Source of the DNA: Hydrolagus colliei
Lineage: Eukaryota
Length of the DNA: 64,000 nt
NCBI GenBank assembly: GCA_035084275.1
Contig: CM068742.1
Span: 28,396,001-28,460,000, forward strand
Direction of reading: 5' to 3'
The position numbers and the translations under genes are program-made. Below are positions 38,563 through 51,088 of this stretch, piece by piece. The stretch's first letter is position 1. Each line of letters begins with the position of its first letter. Under the pieces are notes generated by a model. That model was not told the DNA's origin, ran no database searches, and saw only the letters and a list, made by a program, of their open reading frames with translations.

Positions 38563-38857
38563 AATAATAATCATCCTTGCATTTCATATAGCGCTTTTCA
38601 TGTCTTCTAGATGTATCGAAACGCTTCACGGAATATACCGTAAAGTGAATTGACTGTATATTTTGTGGGCCAAATGCAGCAGCCAATTGTGCACAGCAGT
38701 GTCCCACAAACAGTCATGAATTAAGTAACCAAATTATTGTTTTTTTTTTCTTGAGGGATTACTATTAGGCATGTGGATTAAGGAAACCTGCCGGAAATCA
38801 AATCCAGGTCACTCGCATGCGAGATGAGTGCTCTAACCGCTGATTTCCCGGACTCCA
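38563..38857 (-). mobile_element. tRNA-derived SINE, near full length
   Basis: Reverse complement of the family, ending GAGTGCTCTAACCGCTGA..GGACTCCA. Confidence 0.9.
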
Positions 38858-39284
38858 TGAAAAATGTAGGTATTACAACAACAACTTCAACAACAACTTT
38901 GATTTATATAGTGCTCTCCACGCCGGATGGCATCTCAGAGCACATATTAATAGGTATTAATAGGTATAATACAGATGAAATATCTTTCTTTAAGTTTTAT
39001 AATAATATTTATTCTTACATTTGATATAACACCTAATCAGATCATCAAAACAATTGAAAGTACTTTCATGGGATCCACTGTAAAATGTAGTGACTGTATA
39101 TTTAGAGGTAAACATGACAGCTAATTTGCCTACATCATTATCCAAAAGCTGCCATCAGGTGACTGCCAATTTTCATCTGCGGAATATTATCCAGAAAAGA
39201 GAGAGAAACTCTATTCTCTTTTTATTTTACTGTCAGTTCAAATAATTTACGTTTGTTCACTTTATTTCTGTTGATTTTCTCATA

Positions 39285-39620
39285 CAGTAAATAGTGCGGT
39301 TGAACAGTTGAATGCTGATAAGGCAATTGGAGGAACTGAATTGGAGGAGTTATTGAGCCTGATAACGCAAGGGAGTTGAATTAACATACACTAGACATAA
39401 TTGACATAATTTACTGAAGGACCCTGGGTTAATGATTATTGAGCCTAAACGCTGCGTATCAGTGACTTTTACGCTGATGTACAATCATGTGGAAATGGCT
39501 GTCCAGGCATTAAGGGTACCTTAGGCAGTATTAATGCCAGTATGCATATTTCAGTGCAACTTTAACACAAAATAGCTTAAATCTCCTTTAATTGAATACA
39601 CAGATTGAGTCAATTACTTG
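39285..39620. promoter_or_regulatory. Candidate conserved non-coding element
   Basis: Unique, dense TAAT/GATAA motifs, duplicated TTATTGAGCCT and GACATAATT; conservation not tested. Confidence 0.45.
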
Positions 39621-40399
39621 GGGGGGTGGGGGGAACATCCAACTAATTGAAGCAATACCCTTCTAAGCCCTACAAGGCACACTTAAATTTGACTTTTTTT
39701 ATGCTGACAGACTTGTGCCAGCGTGATTCAGGGCAGTGCGACTGTTTTGTATTGTACTGCTTTGATATCTTGTTCAGGATGAACATTTTGGACGTGGGAG
39801 TAAGTGTAAGGTATATCTAGAGGAAATAGCCTGTCTGTTGCAACTGGCAACAAACTGGAAAGTGAGATCTCCTTGGGATTCCGCGACTCCACGGTGACAC
39901 CCCGGCAATGGAATGTCGTCATTGAGCCACCCCTCTTTGGCGGTCTTGGGAGTCTGGTTGTTGAGCCGGATGAGTCCACAGTATCCAGGATATTGCTGAT
40001 CACAGACCAGGCAGTTTGGCTTGTAGATAGGACTTGGTGGGACAATACTCATCTCAAGTTAACCCTATAAGTCCAAACTCTATTGGATAGATTAGTCCTG
40101 GTTGGATAAGCAGTGAGAAACTTGCCAGGCATTGTTGTGAATGGCAAGCTATGAATCTTTGCTGGTTAAATTCCAGCAGTACATGAAAATACACTTTGGG
40201 AAGCCAAAGTCTTCACTCTCAATAGCCTAATATTTCCTGGATTAGATAGGTAGGGTGCATTTGAATGCGAGGACAAGGATCTTGAATTCAATCCACTAAG
40301 GCCAGTGGAGTTGATTGAGAATGAGGTGATTGACTCATACTGTCTGGTGTGGCAGAGGACACACCTGCAGAGTTCTGGATGATTATCACAATCCTTGCC

Positions 40400-40803
40400 A
40401 GCTCTACTGGCTCCGTCACAGAGTGCTTGATTTCAAGATCTCACATTTACCCTATAAATCACTTCATCCTCTGGCGTCATCTCCACATCTCTTACCTCAC
40501 CCCCTATTCATCTCCCAGACCCATCTCCCTTCTTCCCATCCCTCATCCCCTCTGCTCTAAGATCATCCACCAAATTTTCAGCCACTGCACCAAACTTCTA
40601 GAACTCCCTGCCTCATTCCCTCTGTTTTTCCCCCACTTTACCTTTCTTCAGATCGCACATGAATACTTTCCTCTTCAATGTGTCCATGGTCATGACATCT
40701 TTCTTCCTGGCTCAGCATCACGCTGCACCATTGTTAAGCGCTCTGAGGCGCTATCTCGGCTTGGAGTGAAGGGTGCTATATAAATGTAAGATATTGTTGT
40801 TGA
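40400..40803 (+). mobile_element. Old L2 3' fragment (an antisense L2 piece precedes it at ~40240-40400)
   Basis: CTCTACTGGCTCC..GATTTCAAGATC..GTGAAGGGTGCTATATAAATGTAAG..(TTG)n. Confidence 0.8.
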
Positions 40804-41049
40804 TCTGCAACTTGTGTATAGTAAAACTATTCCAGCTTCATTGGTGGCATTCCATAGGTGAGTAACATACAATCTGAATGTGTGGCTGTCAAAGGCACAG
40901 GAATTCACTCTGCTGACTACATTGCAAGTAGAACGAGACAAATCAGAGCAGTGACATCCAGATCCCTTCTCCAGTTTATCTTGAAAAGGATTTGTTCATA
41001 CATAGCACTTCTCTGCAGCTATAGCCTCATGTTACTCTGTATGGTAACT

Positions 41050-41345
41050 GAAACTGTGCCCAGAAGGCTGTATCGCCTCTTTGCATGCGTGGCGTTTCAA
41101 TGATAAACGTGCACTTAAAGTTACTGAGGTATGACTGAAGGTTCATTTGATATCCAGTGGAATGTAGTTGTTCTGTGGGGCTCTGGGACACCGCATGAAC
41201 ACAATTTCTAACATCCTGTGAATGCAAACAATAACACATTTCATTAGAGCCCTCGAGTGCGAAGCATCCATTAGTGCTGTGAAGGTATTAATGGTGCTAT
41301 GCTTTAAACTGACATGCGGAGTATGACAGGAACTGCAAGGTCTGA
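41050..41345. promoter_or_regulatory. Candidate conserved non-coding element
   Basis: Unique, CpG-retaining, with AACAAT, CATTA and TGACA motifs; conservation not tested. Confidence 0.38.
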
Positions 41346-42299
41346 TGAGAACAGTTGACAAGATAGGCAAATGGCTTCATTTGCCTGCAGGTCATGTGAT
41401 GGCTAGATTTCAAACTGGGAAAGGCTAAAACCTTGGAGAGCATCTGTGAACCGGCTGAGTGAACGAAACATGTCATCGCTAAATTGGGGACAGCAGCAGG
41501 CAAGTTACTTTACTGAAATAACCGACCCCTGCCCACCTATTCCGAGCAATGAATTACTGTTGGGCTTTCAGTCGGGGACAATAAGTAAAGAGATGCGACC
41601 TCTTTAACAAGGCCTCAAGCTGATCTCTCATAAAACGTAATGTGCCAAACTTCAGGCATGCATTAGCTTAACCTGCTGAAGGGTACCAACCTTTCATTTA
41701 AGCAAGGTGGATTCTCCACCTAATACTTCATCCTCAGGGTTTACAATGAGGGATTTATAATGCATTATCACATTTAGGGTTAAAGTGATTCAGTGCAGGA
41801 TTCACTTACATTTCTCACCCAAAGCCCCAATGGGCTGAGGAGATCTCTGCGGGAATCTGTTCTATGGACAAAGGCAATCACTTCAAAGTCTGCATGAAAA
41901 ACATTTCACAGTCAGAAAAGTTAAAGCAGTTCTTCACACAGCATTCTTCTACAACCTGAGGCTTTTAAAAGCCATCCTTAGCACTATATTGTTGCTTGAT
42001 TTATTTCTCCTACTCTTCGCAAGCATTGCTGGTGTCCTGCACTGTGGTCCTTGGTCCTTTCACCTGAGTTTCTCAGTTTAAGAAGCAATGCTGCTTCACA
42101 CTCTTGTCTGTCATGATAAATTTCTTGTGTCTCCAGCATTTGGGAGTTATCAGTCTTTCACATTCTTACAGGAAATATCAGATCCACTGATGCAGGTTGG
42201 GCAACGCATCCTCTATATAATTTAAATCAAGAAAAATAACTTGATTTTTAATAGCAAGTTTTTGTTCAATGATAATCAATCTACATCAATTCCAGACTT

Positions 42300-42505
42300 A
42301 TTTGCTGTGCACAATTGGCTGCCGAGTTTCACCCACAAAATATAACAACAATAATAACTTTGATTTATATAGCGCCCTCCACGCCGGACAGCATCTCAGA
42401 GCGCTATATAGAGTCAATTCACTTCACAGTACATTCTGTGAAGTATTTTGAGACATCTTGAAGGTGTGATAAGACACTATATCAAATGCAATGATTATTA
42501 TTATA
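42300..42505 (+). mobile_element. SINE 3' half interrupted by a ~63-bp antisense L2 tail (42345-42407)
   Basis: SINE AAAATATA, then insert ACAACAATAA..TTTATATAGCGCCC..CAGAGCGC, then TATATAGAGTCAATTCAC. Confidence 0.85.
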
Positions 42506-42571
42506 TATATTTTTTTGTCTGTTGGACCAGATGGTAAACCAAGGTCCCATCTGCCTGTGCAGGTGACTGTT

Positions 42572-42855
42572 AAACAACAACAATAAATTACATTTGTATA
42601 GCACCCTTCACATTGGAAAGACATCCCAAGGTAATGGCAATCAGGGGTTTTGGATCCGAGCTGGGAGTTGGAGTTAGAAGGGGAGGAGGGCAGGGGATGT
42701 TGAGGTGAGAGAGTGGCCAAAAGCATGGTCGAAGATGAAGGTCTTCAGATGGGACTTGAAGGAGGCAAGAGAGGGGTTGAGGTGGAGGGATTCCAGGATA
42801 GAGTTCCAGAGTGTGAGGACAGAGTTACTGAATGCATGACCACCAATGGTGTTGC
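42572..42855 (-). mobile_element. Old L2 3' fragment
   Basis: (CAA)n..CCTTCACATTGG..GTCTTCAG..TTGAAGGAGG..GAGTTCCAGAG. Confidence 0.8.
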
Positions 42856-45554
42856 CAAAGATTCCACGGCACTATTTGAAATGAGAAGGGAGTTTCTCTT
42901 GGTGTCCTTGGTGTGGTCTCTGACACATACAGAAACTCGATGCTTAAGAGTGCCAAACCAGACTGAGAAGTACACGTATGAGAATTTCACACAAGCCACC
43001 CACACGTGGAAATTTCTCTCAAATCTGGAATTAAGTATGCACTTTGTTCCCAGTGTCAGCCTCTACTTACCTAATTCTGGAGTATATTAGGCGCGTGTTG
43101 GCAAATCTAACCTGCTAAAACGACATTGTTTGCCATTGGTATTGCTGTCTGGGAAACCTTCCTGTTGCTTGTCCAACTAGGAACACTCTACCAGTTAGGA
43201 CTGTGGCTTACAGGAGCTGAGTGGAAAGAATCTCTGCTCCTGGTAACAAGTTTTACTGTGTCAGGCTGGCTGATCTATCATTAGAGGTTTTGTGGTACTG
43301 AAGCATCACAGAAACCTGCTGTTTCAGGAACTGGTGACCGAGCAGAGATTGGAATAGAGGATTGATTTGATTATGAATAATCAGTCTTATAGTCAGTGCT
43401 CATTAAACCAAATGGAAGTACCACTTTCAAGGTCAAACAGTCACTACTATCCATTTGTATTGGACAGGTCCAGATAATGAAGAACTCATCAAGCACATGG
43501 AGAAGGACGAATTGTAGAAGCTCAATTTATGTACTGAAAAGAGTGACCACTGGAGGAGGAAAACCAAATCAATAGACTCTCACATTAATACAACAGTAAC
43601 AACAACAACAACAACAACAAAAGATGACTGAAGAAGGGAGATGACTGAAGGAATACCGATTTGTTACTGTTGTTATTATTATTATTATTACAATTGTATG
43701 AACGTCTGAAGGCAAAACCCACAAGTGATGAGGAAGTTTTGTTTGCCAAAATGCTGTTGGGAAATACGATAAGCAATTCACCGAACAAATACCATCACTC
43801 AGGGTGTAAGGGGATTTTCAGTGCCCTGTTGTGATGGCTTCAGTCTCGACAATGATAAATGCATTCACCATTTAATTGGGCTCTGTGGAAGTGGTTGTCA
43901 TTTTGAAGGTCTTGGAAGATCAAACATTTGTCGTGGGTTCAGTAGAACCTACTTATTATCCCACACTTTCGCTGTAATCTGCTTATTACCATAACCTTTC
44001 AAACCATCAAACCACTTCTTATTCATTTCAGTCAGTTTTGTAGCATAATGGAGGTCACTATATGTCAGATTTAATTTCTGGGTTACAGCAGCTGACCAGA
44101 GCTGGAGTTGAACCTTTGCGATGTTCTGTGCTGAAGCCAGACATGAATTCACCAACCTCTTCTATGGTTTAATCTTTAAGGGCCTTTCTGGATCTTGCTT
44201 TAATCTGGAAATTGCTTGTGTCTCATTATTTCTTGCTCATTACCTCCTTGTCTGCATCTTGTTGGCATTGTGCAACCTTCCACTCCTCTCTGTGACTGCT
44301 TTGTCTTATACAACCTGAAAACTGTTCAGCACATTGCAACAGTGGTCAGATGATGTACAAAATGCACATGATGTAGAAACCTTTAGTGACAGGATCAGGT
44401 TGGAAATATTATACACCTGAATTCTAACAAATGGGGCATTCCCTGTTTTAAAGATTCATTATGTCTGCTCAGGTTTTTGACTGTTCTTTTTTTATTAATA
44501 TTATTGATTGTAATAATATTTGTGTTTGATATTTGATCTGTAATAGTGAACCATATCAAAATGCTTCCCAGCTAATTGCTGTCAAATGTAGTAACTGTGT
44601 ATTTCAGGACATATAGGGCAGCAAATTTTACTGCGAAAATCTTACTGTTGGCTTGGTGCTGAAGAAAGCATTTTGCAATGTAAATTGCATTTTGTCCCAT
44701 ACATGACCAACCATTGATACTTCTGTTCTGAACCTTAGAGATTGCCCTGCACTAAGTAGTTTACGTCGCAAAGATCTTTCTTTGTTTGTGAGAAAGCAGC
44801 AGCACTGTTTATGTCATAAGAAGTGAGTTCGCTTACAAAACATACAGTTATTGCACTTTACATTGTGTCTTGTGAAGTGCTTTGGGACACTCTCACAATG
44901 TGAACGGTGATGAACTAAATGTAACAAGTATTATTATTATTTTAATGGTGATGAAGCACAGATGCTGCTATTGCTTTCCTGAGGAGTGTCCCCCAACCTC
45001 GAGACAGGGGCTGGTGTATTTTAATGCAACATTGATGCTGAGAGAGTGGTGTGTAGTTATTACAATAAAATTGCGAAACCAGGGATTTTGTGTTAACACA
45101 AATGAAGCTTCCATGACAAGCAGCAGGAAAGCTTGCTGGAAAACGATATCAATGGCAAGCTATGTGGGTTTAGCTGTTTAGACTTCAGCAGTACCCCAGT
45201 GCACACACTCTGGTTCCCAAGCCTTGGTTCTTACCAACTTGTACCTAATACTTTCTGAAATTAGGTCAAACAGGATGTTTCCCTCCAGGGAGAGTATGCG
45301 TTCCATGCCAACAATCTATCTTTGGGATTTCCATGTATAGGTGGGATACATGGAATTCTCAGTTTGATTTGGACATTCATAAGCATGGTGATAGGTGTCC
45401 ACATGTGTCAGAATCACAGCTGACCCTCACAAAAAACTTGCAAATCGTTGAGGCCTCCTAAAGTTTCAGTATGGTACTGAACCGTGATGTACTGCAAGGC
45501 AATATGTCATATCATTGGAAGGATTTTCATAGACTTAAAAACAGAACCAAGAGA

Positions 45555-45810
45555 GTTGGAACTGAGGTCAAGAAACATTTCTGCACACAAAAAGTTGCGA
45601 AGATGTGGAACAGTCTGCCCCAGAAATGTATAGAGGTAGAATTAATAGGGATACTTAAAAGAGAGATAGACAACTACAGTACTTGGAAAGTAAAAATATT
45701 TAGTGGTATGTGATGGGAGAGGACATTGGGACCAAGCAATTTATCAAGATCTAATAAACTAGTGGAACTAGCTTGTCGGACTGAACAAACTCCTCTATTC
45801 CTGTTTCTCT
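45555..45810 (+). mobile_element. Old CR1 3' fragment
   Basis: ORF 45471 KKHFCTQKVAKMWNSLPQKCIE..LKREIDNY resembles the CR1 ORF2 end. Confidence 0.78.
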
Positions 45811-46299
45811 TTATTCCTCAATGTAGCCTACAGTTTTTAGGCTGAGGAGTAAATCCTGCCTCTTCGTAAGTGACTTTTGCTAGGTGTGATGGTTAGTTGA
45901 ATGATAAGATATATATTTTCTTTAAAGATTATACTCAATTCTTCAGTGTGTTATAGATTTCAGGTATAAACTCTCATGTCTGTTCAGACAGAAAGCACGC
46001 AACAATCCAGAAACCATCTGCTGGTGGTTCCTATCAGCTTTATCCTGTCCCTCCTGAGAAGGTTTCACATTCTAGTCACAAAACAAAATGGCAAGAACGT
46101 AGCGAACACAAGCAGTGTGCATTAGATGGTCTGAGTTCAACCTGCTCCCGCAACCCCACAGATGGAAAATCTCTGAACACTGGAGAATGGGCCCATGGAA
46201 TCCCACCGGATACCCTCTTTAATTCAGTAATGAATTTAACACACATCAACTGTGGTGTCCCGGCTCCCGCCCTCCCCCCCACTCCTCCCAACAAAAAAA

Positions 46300-46612
46300 A
46301 TCTATTAATTACTAACTATTCCCAACATGTCAGTTGATGTTAATTCTCCCCCCATTGCAGGAGGAAAAATGAATAATGTGCTTCTTTACACATGCATGCC
46401 ATAAGGTTAATCAAGCGCTTCTATTGGTTTCGATTGAATTGAAATTGCTAAATGCAGTCTGGCCGTTTATGCGGAAGAATGCTACTATCTCCAGCAGTAA
46501 CATGGTTAGCAAATTTTGTGATCGAATTCCCCAAATTGTGTCTTAATTACTTAGACAGCTGTGCACTTTACATAACAATGGAGCATTGCCAAGTTTGACA
46601 TTTCCCTCCAGC
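46300..46612. promoter_or_regulatory. Candidate conserved non-coding element
   Basis: Unique, with ATTAATTA, TTAATCA, TTTATG and AACAATGG motifs, flanked by C-tracts; conservation not tested. Confidence 0.45.
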
Positions 46613-47574
46613 TTTTTTTAAGCTATACATTCATATGCATGAAAGACCTTCCTCTCTCTCTCCCCCCACTCCCCACCCCCCCACCCCCCACTCCCTCCTT
46701 GGCTCCTTCATCACTTGATAGCAAATCATCATTCATTGCTGCCCAAATTTATGGAAGGACATTGCTCCCTGAGGTGTCGTATCCTTTCAGGTCTGTAACC
46801 AAACATGACTGATGGTTCCAGTATAACAGTTGCTTATTACGGTGTTCACTGAGCTATGATTGCTTCAATACTTTATGTTGGCAGATGTGGTTTTCTCAGA
46901 ACAACATCCCTGAGACACAGGTCATTGATCAAACCCCTCTGGCTGTTCCATTATTTGCAAATTATTGCTTAATTGCTAAAAGCTAGGGGCCATCAGAATG
47001 TGGACTTTCTTAGTGACTGGGGGGAAAAATAACCAATGGATTTTCTCAGGCTGAACAAACTCAGAAAGTACCTGCGTAACAAAAGAGTCAAATGCCCTCA
47101 GAGTCTGTGTCAGAAATCCCTCAATCACCATCAAGGCCATCTCTCAACTGACACTGTGCTATATGACAGGCTGTACCTCAGGGTTAAAGGGAAGTAAGAC
47201 AGAACCTAGGTGCAAAGCTCTGTTGTTTCAAGGGGGTTTGGTTTTGCCTGGGTTTTGAACTCACTAGGGTGTAATTTACGGTACCTCTTAACAGATTTCA
47301 GCAATAAGAAGTGTGTAATTCCCGAGTATCTAAAACATAGAACATATTAAAGAATGCTGATGTTTTAGAAAGTTGAACATTATTAATAACTAGGTGTACC
47401 TATTGCAGCTAGGTTTGCAACCAATTTCATTTAATTGGCCGACTCTCCTTTGCCTGGCATTTTTATTTGTCCTGGAAAAGGCTTAATCTTAGGCATCTTG
47501 ATCCCTCAAGATTAAATTAATGTGCTATTGAGCTCATTATCATCTCTTGTTCACATATTTGCACACATATCTTT

Positions 47575-47691
47575 GGATGGACTCATGTGGGAGGACTCCT
47601 GTTAGGAGGACTCAGTGGGAGGACTCCAGTTGGGGAGCGTCAGTTGGAGGAGTCCTGTGGAAGGACTCCTGGTTGGGAAGTTTCCTGTTGG
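47575..47691 (+). repeat. Degenerate minisatellite, ~14-nt unit TGGGAGGACTCCWG, about 8 copies
   Basis: GGGAGGACTCCTGTTAGGAGGACTCAGTGGGAGGACTCCAGTT.. visible directly. Confidence 0.85.
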
Positions 47692-49120
47692 TGTCTTTAC
47701 ATCAATTGGTTAGACAGACACACAGGCAGAAATTTCGTCTTTTTAATATGGATAATCCTTGCATTTGATAAGATAACAATTGATAACAATCCCCCCAATT
47801 AATTGGTCACTCACTCATAGTTGTTTGTGAAACATTATTGTGCGCACCTGGCTGATGCGTTTCTTAATTAACAATCTATCTCTGGGATTTACATGTATAG
47901 GTGGGATGCATGGAATTCACAAAATACAGTCGATCCATTTCCTGTGAGAGATGTCTCGATAACGTATAAGGCACTATATCAATGAATTATTTTTTTTACA
48001 TTTTGTCATTGCCATAGTCTAATAAAAAGGCCCGACAAGCTCAATGAGTTCAATGGTCTATTGCTGCTCCTATGTTAATAAAAAAAGGAAACTTTGTGCA
48101 ATGTGATGCAATGTTGTGGTGTCTGATTTAGAAGCTAGAAGTTGGCAGTTAGACTCAAGGCCGTACGCAGGGGGGGTGCGACGGGTGCGTACGCACCCCC
48201 CCCAAATTATAAAAGGTCCACATTTTCCGGGGTAGAGAATTGCATTTTTTATCAAATTTAAATACCAAGTAAATTTATTGAACATTTGTGTAACAATCAG
48301 TTCTTCAAAACTATGTATAAATTATAAACACGCATCTTTGAATGATTTAGTATTAATATAAAATTATCGAGTCGCACACCAGAATCGGCGTCTACCCCAA
48401 AACATACCGCGTCGATAGACCAGTCCATGACGCGGCGAGTCTGTGACTCGTGATTGGATAAACATTGGCGCCAAGACTCAAATCCTCGTTTGGAAATCAT
48501 CCCGTAAACAGCCACAAGGGACAGCACCAATTCTGGAGTTAAAATCATCTTTTCATCTGATCACCGTAAGTACAAATTACTCAAGTGTTGAGAGGTGTGA
48601 CTGTAATGCTAGCAAACAATGACAACATATTTACAAGCTTCTGAGAACTTAAAGCTTTTGAGAACCCAACAAAAAAGTTATATGTGTCTGGACGGGAATG
48701 CCTATCTTTAACAAAAATACTCATGGACATAGACCTATGCTTTAGCGCCTATTCCACATGGTGTGTCAATCGGAAATCATCCCGTATACAGTCACTACAT
48801 AAAAAGGTAGCACCACTTTGTGGAAGCTGAAATCGTATTTTAATCTGATAAATGTAAGTAAAAATGACTTAAGTTTTGATAGGCGTGTTTCTGAAATATC
48901 ATGTTTCTTGTTTTGTCTTGATTATCACATTTGATTTATATTATTAAAAATGTATTCCAGTAATTAAAAATTGCTTTTAGAGACGTCCACTGGCGTGCAA
49001 AAAACATATGACCGCAAAGATAAACAGTGCTACTTTATTTCACTTTCAGTTTTGTACCCAGAGTGAAAAAACATCAATGTCGCACGAATTTGGCATAACA
49101 AAAGCTGATCGAGCGAACTC

Positions 49121-49370
49121 TGGCATTGTCCATAGCACTATGGACAGTTTCCTCCCGGCTTCTCCAGCTGTGTCCGCTAAACCTAAGACGCCTCTGCGGT
49201 AATGTCTGTGATACCAGTGTGGTAGTGTACCATATAGCTCACTATTTGTCAGATGCTGTCGCCAGTAAACGTTCAGGGCGTCTCTTACAAGCCTGGTATA
49301 TACCTCACGAGTCACCTAATCTCCTGGTCGAGGTTTGCCTAAGTGTCCAGCATTCTGCTCCGTATAGGAG
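49121..49370 (-). pseudogene. RTE-clade retrotransposon ORF C-terminal fragment, frameshifted
   Basis: Across frameshifts reads LLYGAECWTL..YTRLVRDALNVYWRQHLTNSELYGTLP..QRRLRFSGHSWRS..VLW, characteristic post-RT motifs of RTE elements. Confidence 0.82.
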
Positions 49371-49490
49371 CGACTTTCAGCCCTCGCGTTAATGCACATT
49401 CATTATAATATGGAAATCGATATTGGTAGAGCGGTTGACGTATTCGCTTCAAAGCGACCGAGGCGTCTCGAATACGGAACGCTATTAAAT
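49368..49490 (+). pseudogene. hAT transposase C-terminal dimerisation-region remnant
   Basis: ERLSALALMHIHYNMEIDIGRAVDVFASKRPRRLE matches the RLsxLALxxIhxxxxIDxxxxxxxFaxxxxRR end of Tip100/THAP12/ZMYM1-type hAT transposases. Confidence 0.85.
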
Positions 49491-50582
49491 AATGAATTTC
49501 CCCTCCCTTATTTTTTCAAGTATTTTTTCGTCAGATCAGTATTGCTCGATGGGTCACTTCCTTTAATTTTGATTCTAAATAAATAAATAAAAACTAACTG
49601 CACTATTGCTCACAGTTCAACGATATTTTCAGGATAATGCTGATAACAGGCTTGTAACACGTGTGAATTAACTGTTTGACACTGATTTTCAGTTTCTGTA
49701 TATTTTCTTGTCTTTTATAAAATTTGCTTTGCTGGAATATCTGAGCACAATATTCATACTTTACTCTTACATTATTGTTCATTACAGTCCGAAAGAAATT
49801 TAGTCTTAGGATAACAATGCAGAACAACTTATTAATTACCGTCAATCTGTAGTTTATGATCATTTTCTCTATACGCATACATTTATCAAGCATTCGTCAT
49901 TGTACTGTGTTAATTGGATTGTAATTTACTTTATCGTTCGCATTCCTTACATCATCGAGTCAACAATCGTGTTGGCTTTTATCGGCGAACACATTCTACC
50001 TTCCCAATTAGACACGGACTACCGGGGAAAATAAAAACACTGAATAAATAATGATGCTCTTAAACACCAAGGGCATGAAACATTTACCGTTCATATTGGA
50101 TCTTCTGAATCGATTAAATAAGACCTCAAACTGTGTAAAACGTCGGAGCCTCGAGGGGGCCTCGGGGGCAGCCCCCAAGCCGCCGGCCATTGTTGGTCCC
50201 ATCACTAGCAATTCGCACCCCCCCAAAAAAAATCCTGCGTACGGCCCTGAGACTTTACCTAGAACACTGCAAATCCCTTCTAACCCATTGGCCTTGCAGT
50301 AGACCTCTGTGACAGAATGAGGCTGCCATTTATTATAGTGCAATATAGGGTCCGTCGATATGGAAATTTTCTGATTTAGATATATCGATGGGCTCATATC
50401 GAGATATACCGATATATCGATATTTTCGGGGATTTTATACTGCGCATGCGCGCACGTTGCGAGGTGTGCACGCATTTGGGGTCTATCTCCTCAGGAAGTA
50501 AATATCTCTCTCTCTCTCTCTGTGTCTCTCACACTCACGCTCTCCATCTCTGTGTTTTTCTGTCTGTGTCTCTATGTCTCTC

Positions 50583-50760
50583 NNNNNNNNNNNNNNNNNN
50601 NNNNNNNNNNNNNNNNNNNNNNNNNNNNNNNNNNNNNNNNNNNNNNNNNNNNNNNNNNNNNNNNNNNNNNNNNNNNNNNNNNNNNNNNNNNNNNNNNNNN
50701 NNNNNNNNNNNNNNNNNNNNNNNNNNNNNNNNNNNNNNNNNNNNNNNNNNNNNNNNNNNN
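50583..50760. other. Assembly gap (178 N)
   Basis: Run of N. Confidence 1.
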
Positions 50761-51088
50761 ACATCCCCCCCGTCTCTCCCCCCCCCGTCTCTTCACCCTC
50801 CCCCGTCTCTCCCCCTGTCTCCCTCCCCCCCCAGCCATCTATCCCCCTCCTCCCCGCCGTCTCTCCCCCCCACCGTCTCTCCCCCTCCCCCGCCGTCCCT
50901 CCCACCCCCTCCGCCATCTCTCCCCCTCCCCCGCCGTCCCTCCCACCCCCTCCGCTGTCTCTCCCCACCCCGCCGTCTCACCCCCCCCCGCCATCTCACC
51001 CCACCACCCTCTCTCCCCCCCCACCTTCTCTCCGCCCCCCCCACCGCCGTCTCTTCCCCCTCCCCTGCTGTCTCTACCCCCCACCGCC
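50761..51088 (+). repeat. C-rich minisatellite (CCCCGCCGTCTCTCCCCCT-like) inside the hAT element
   Basis: Degenerate ~17-nt repeats; G-quadruplex-prone opposite strand. Confidence 0.9.

Larger units (their letters stand above)
48156..50249 (+). mobile_element. Non-autonomous hAT-superfamily DNA transposon with 5-bp TSD (hAT5-like)
   Basis: TIRs CAAGGCCGTACGCAGG / CCTGCGTACGGCCCTG (15/16); AGACT immediately outside both ends; transposase remnant inside; CpG-rich. Confidence 0.88.

Noticed and set aside
47575-47691. CRISPR array
   Set aside because: Eukaryotic context, short units without unique spacers, no cas genes.
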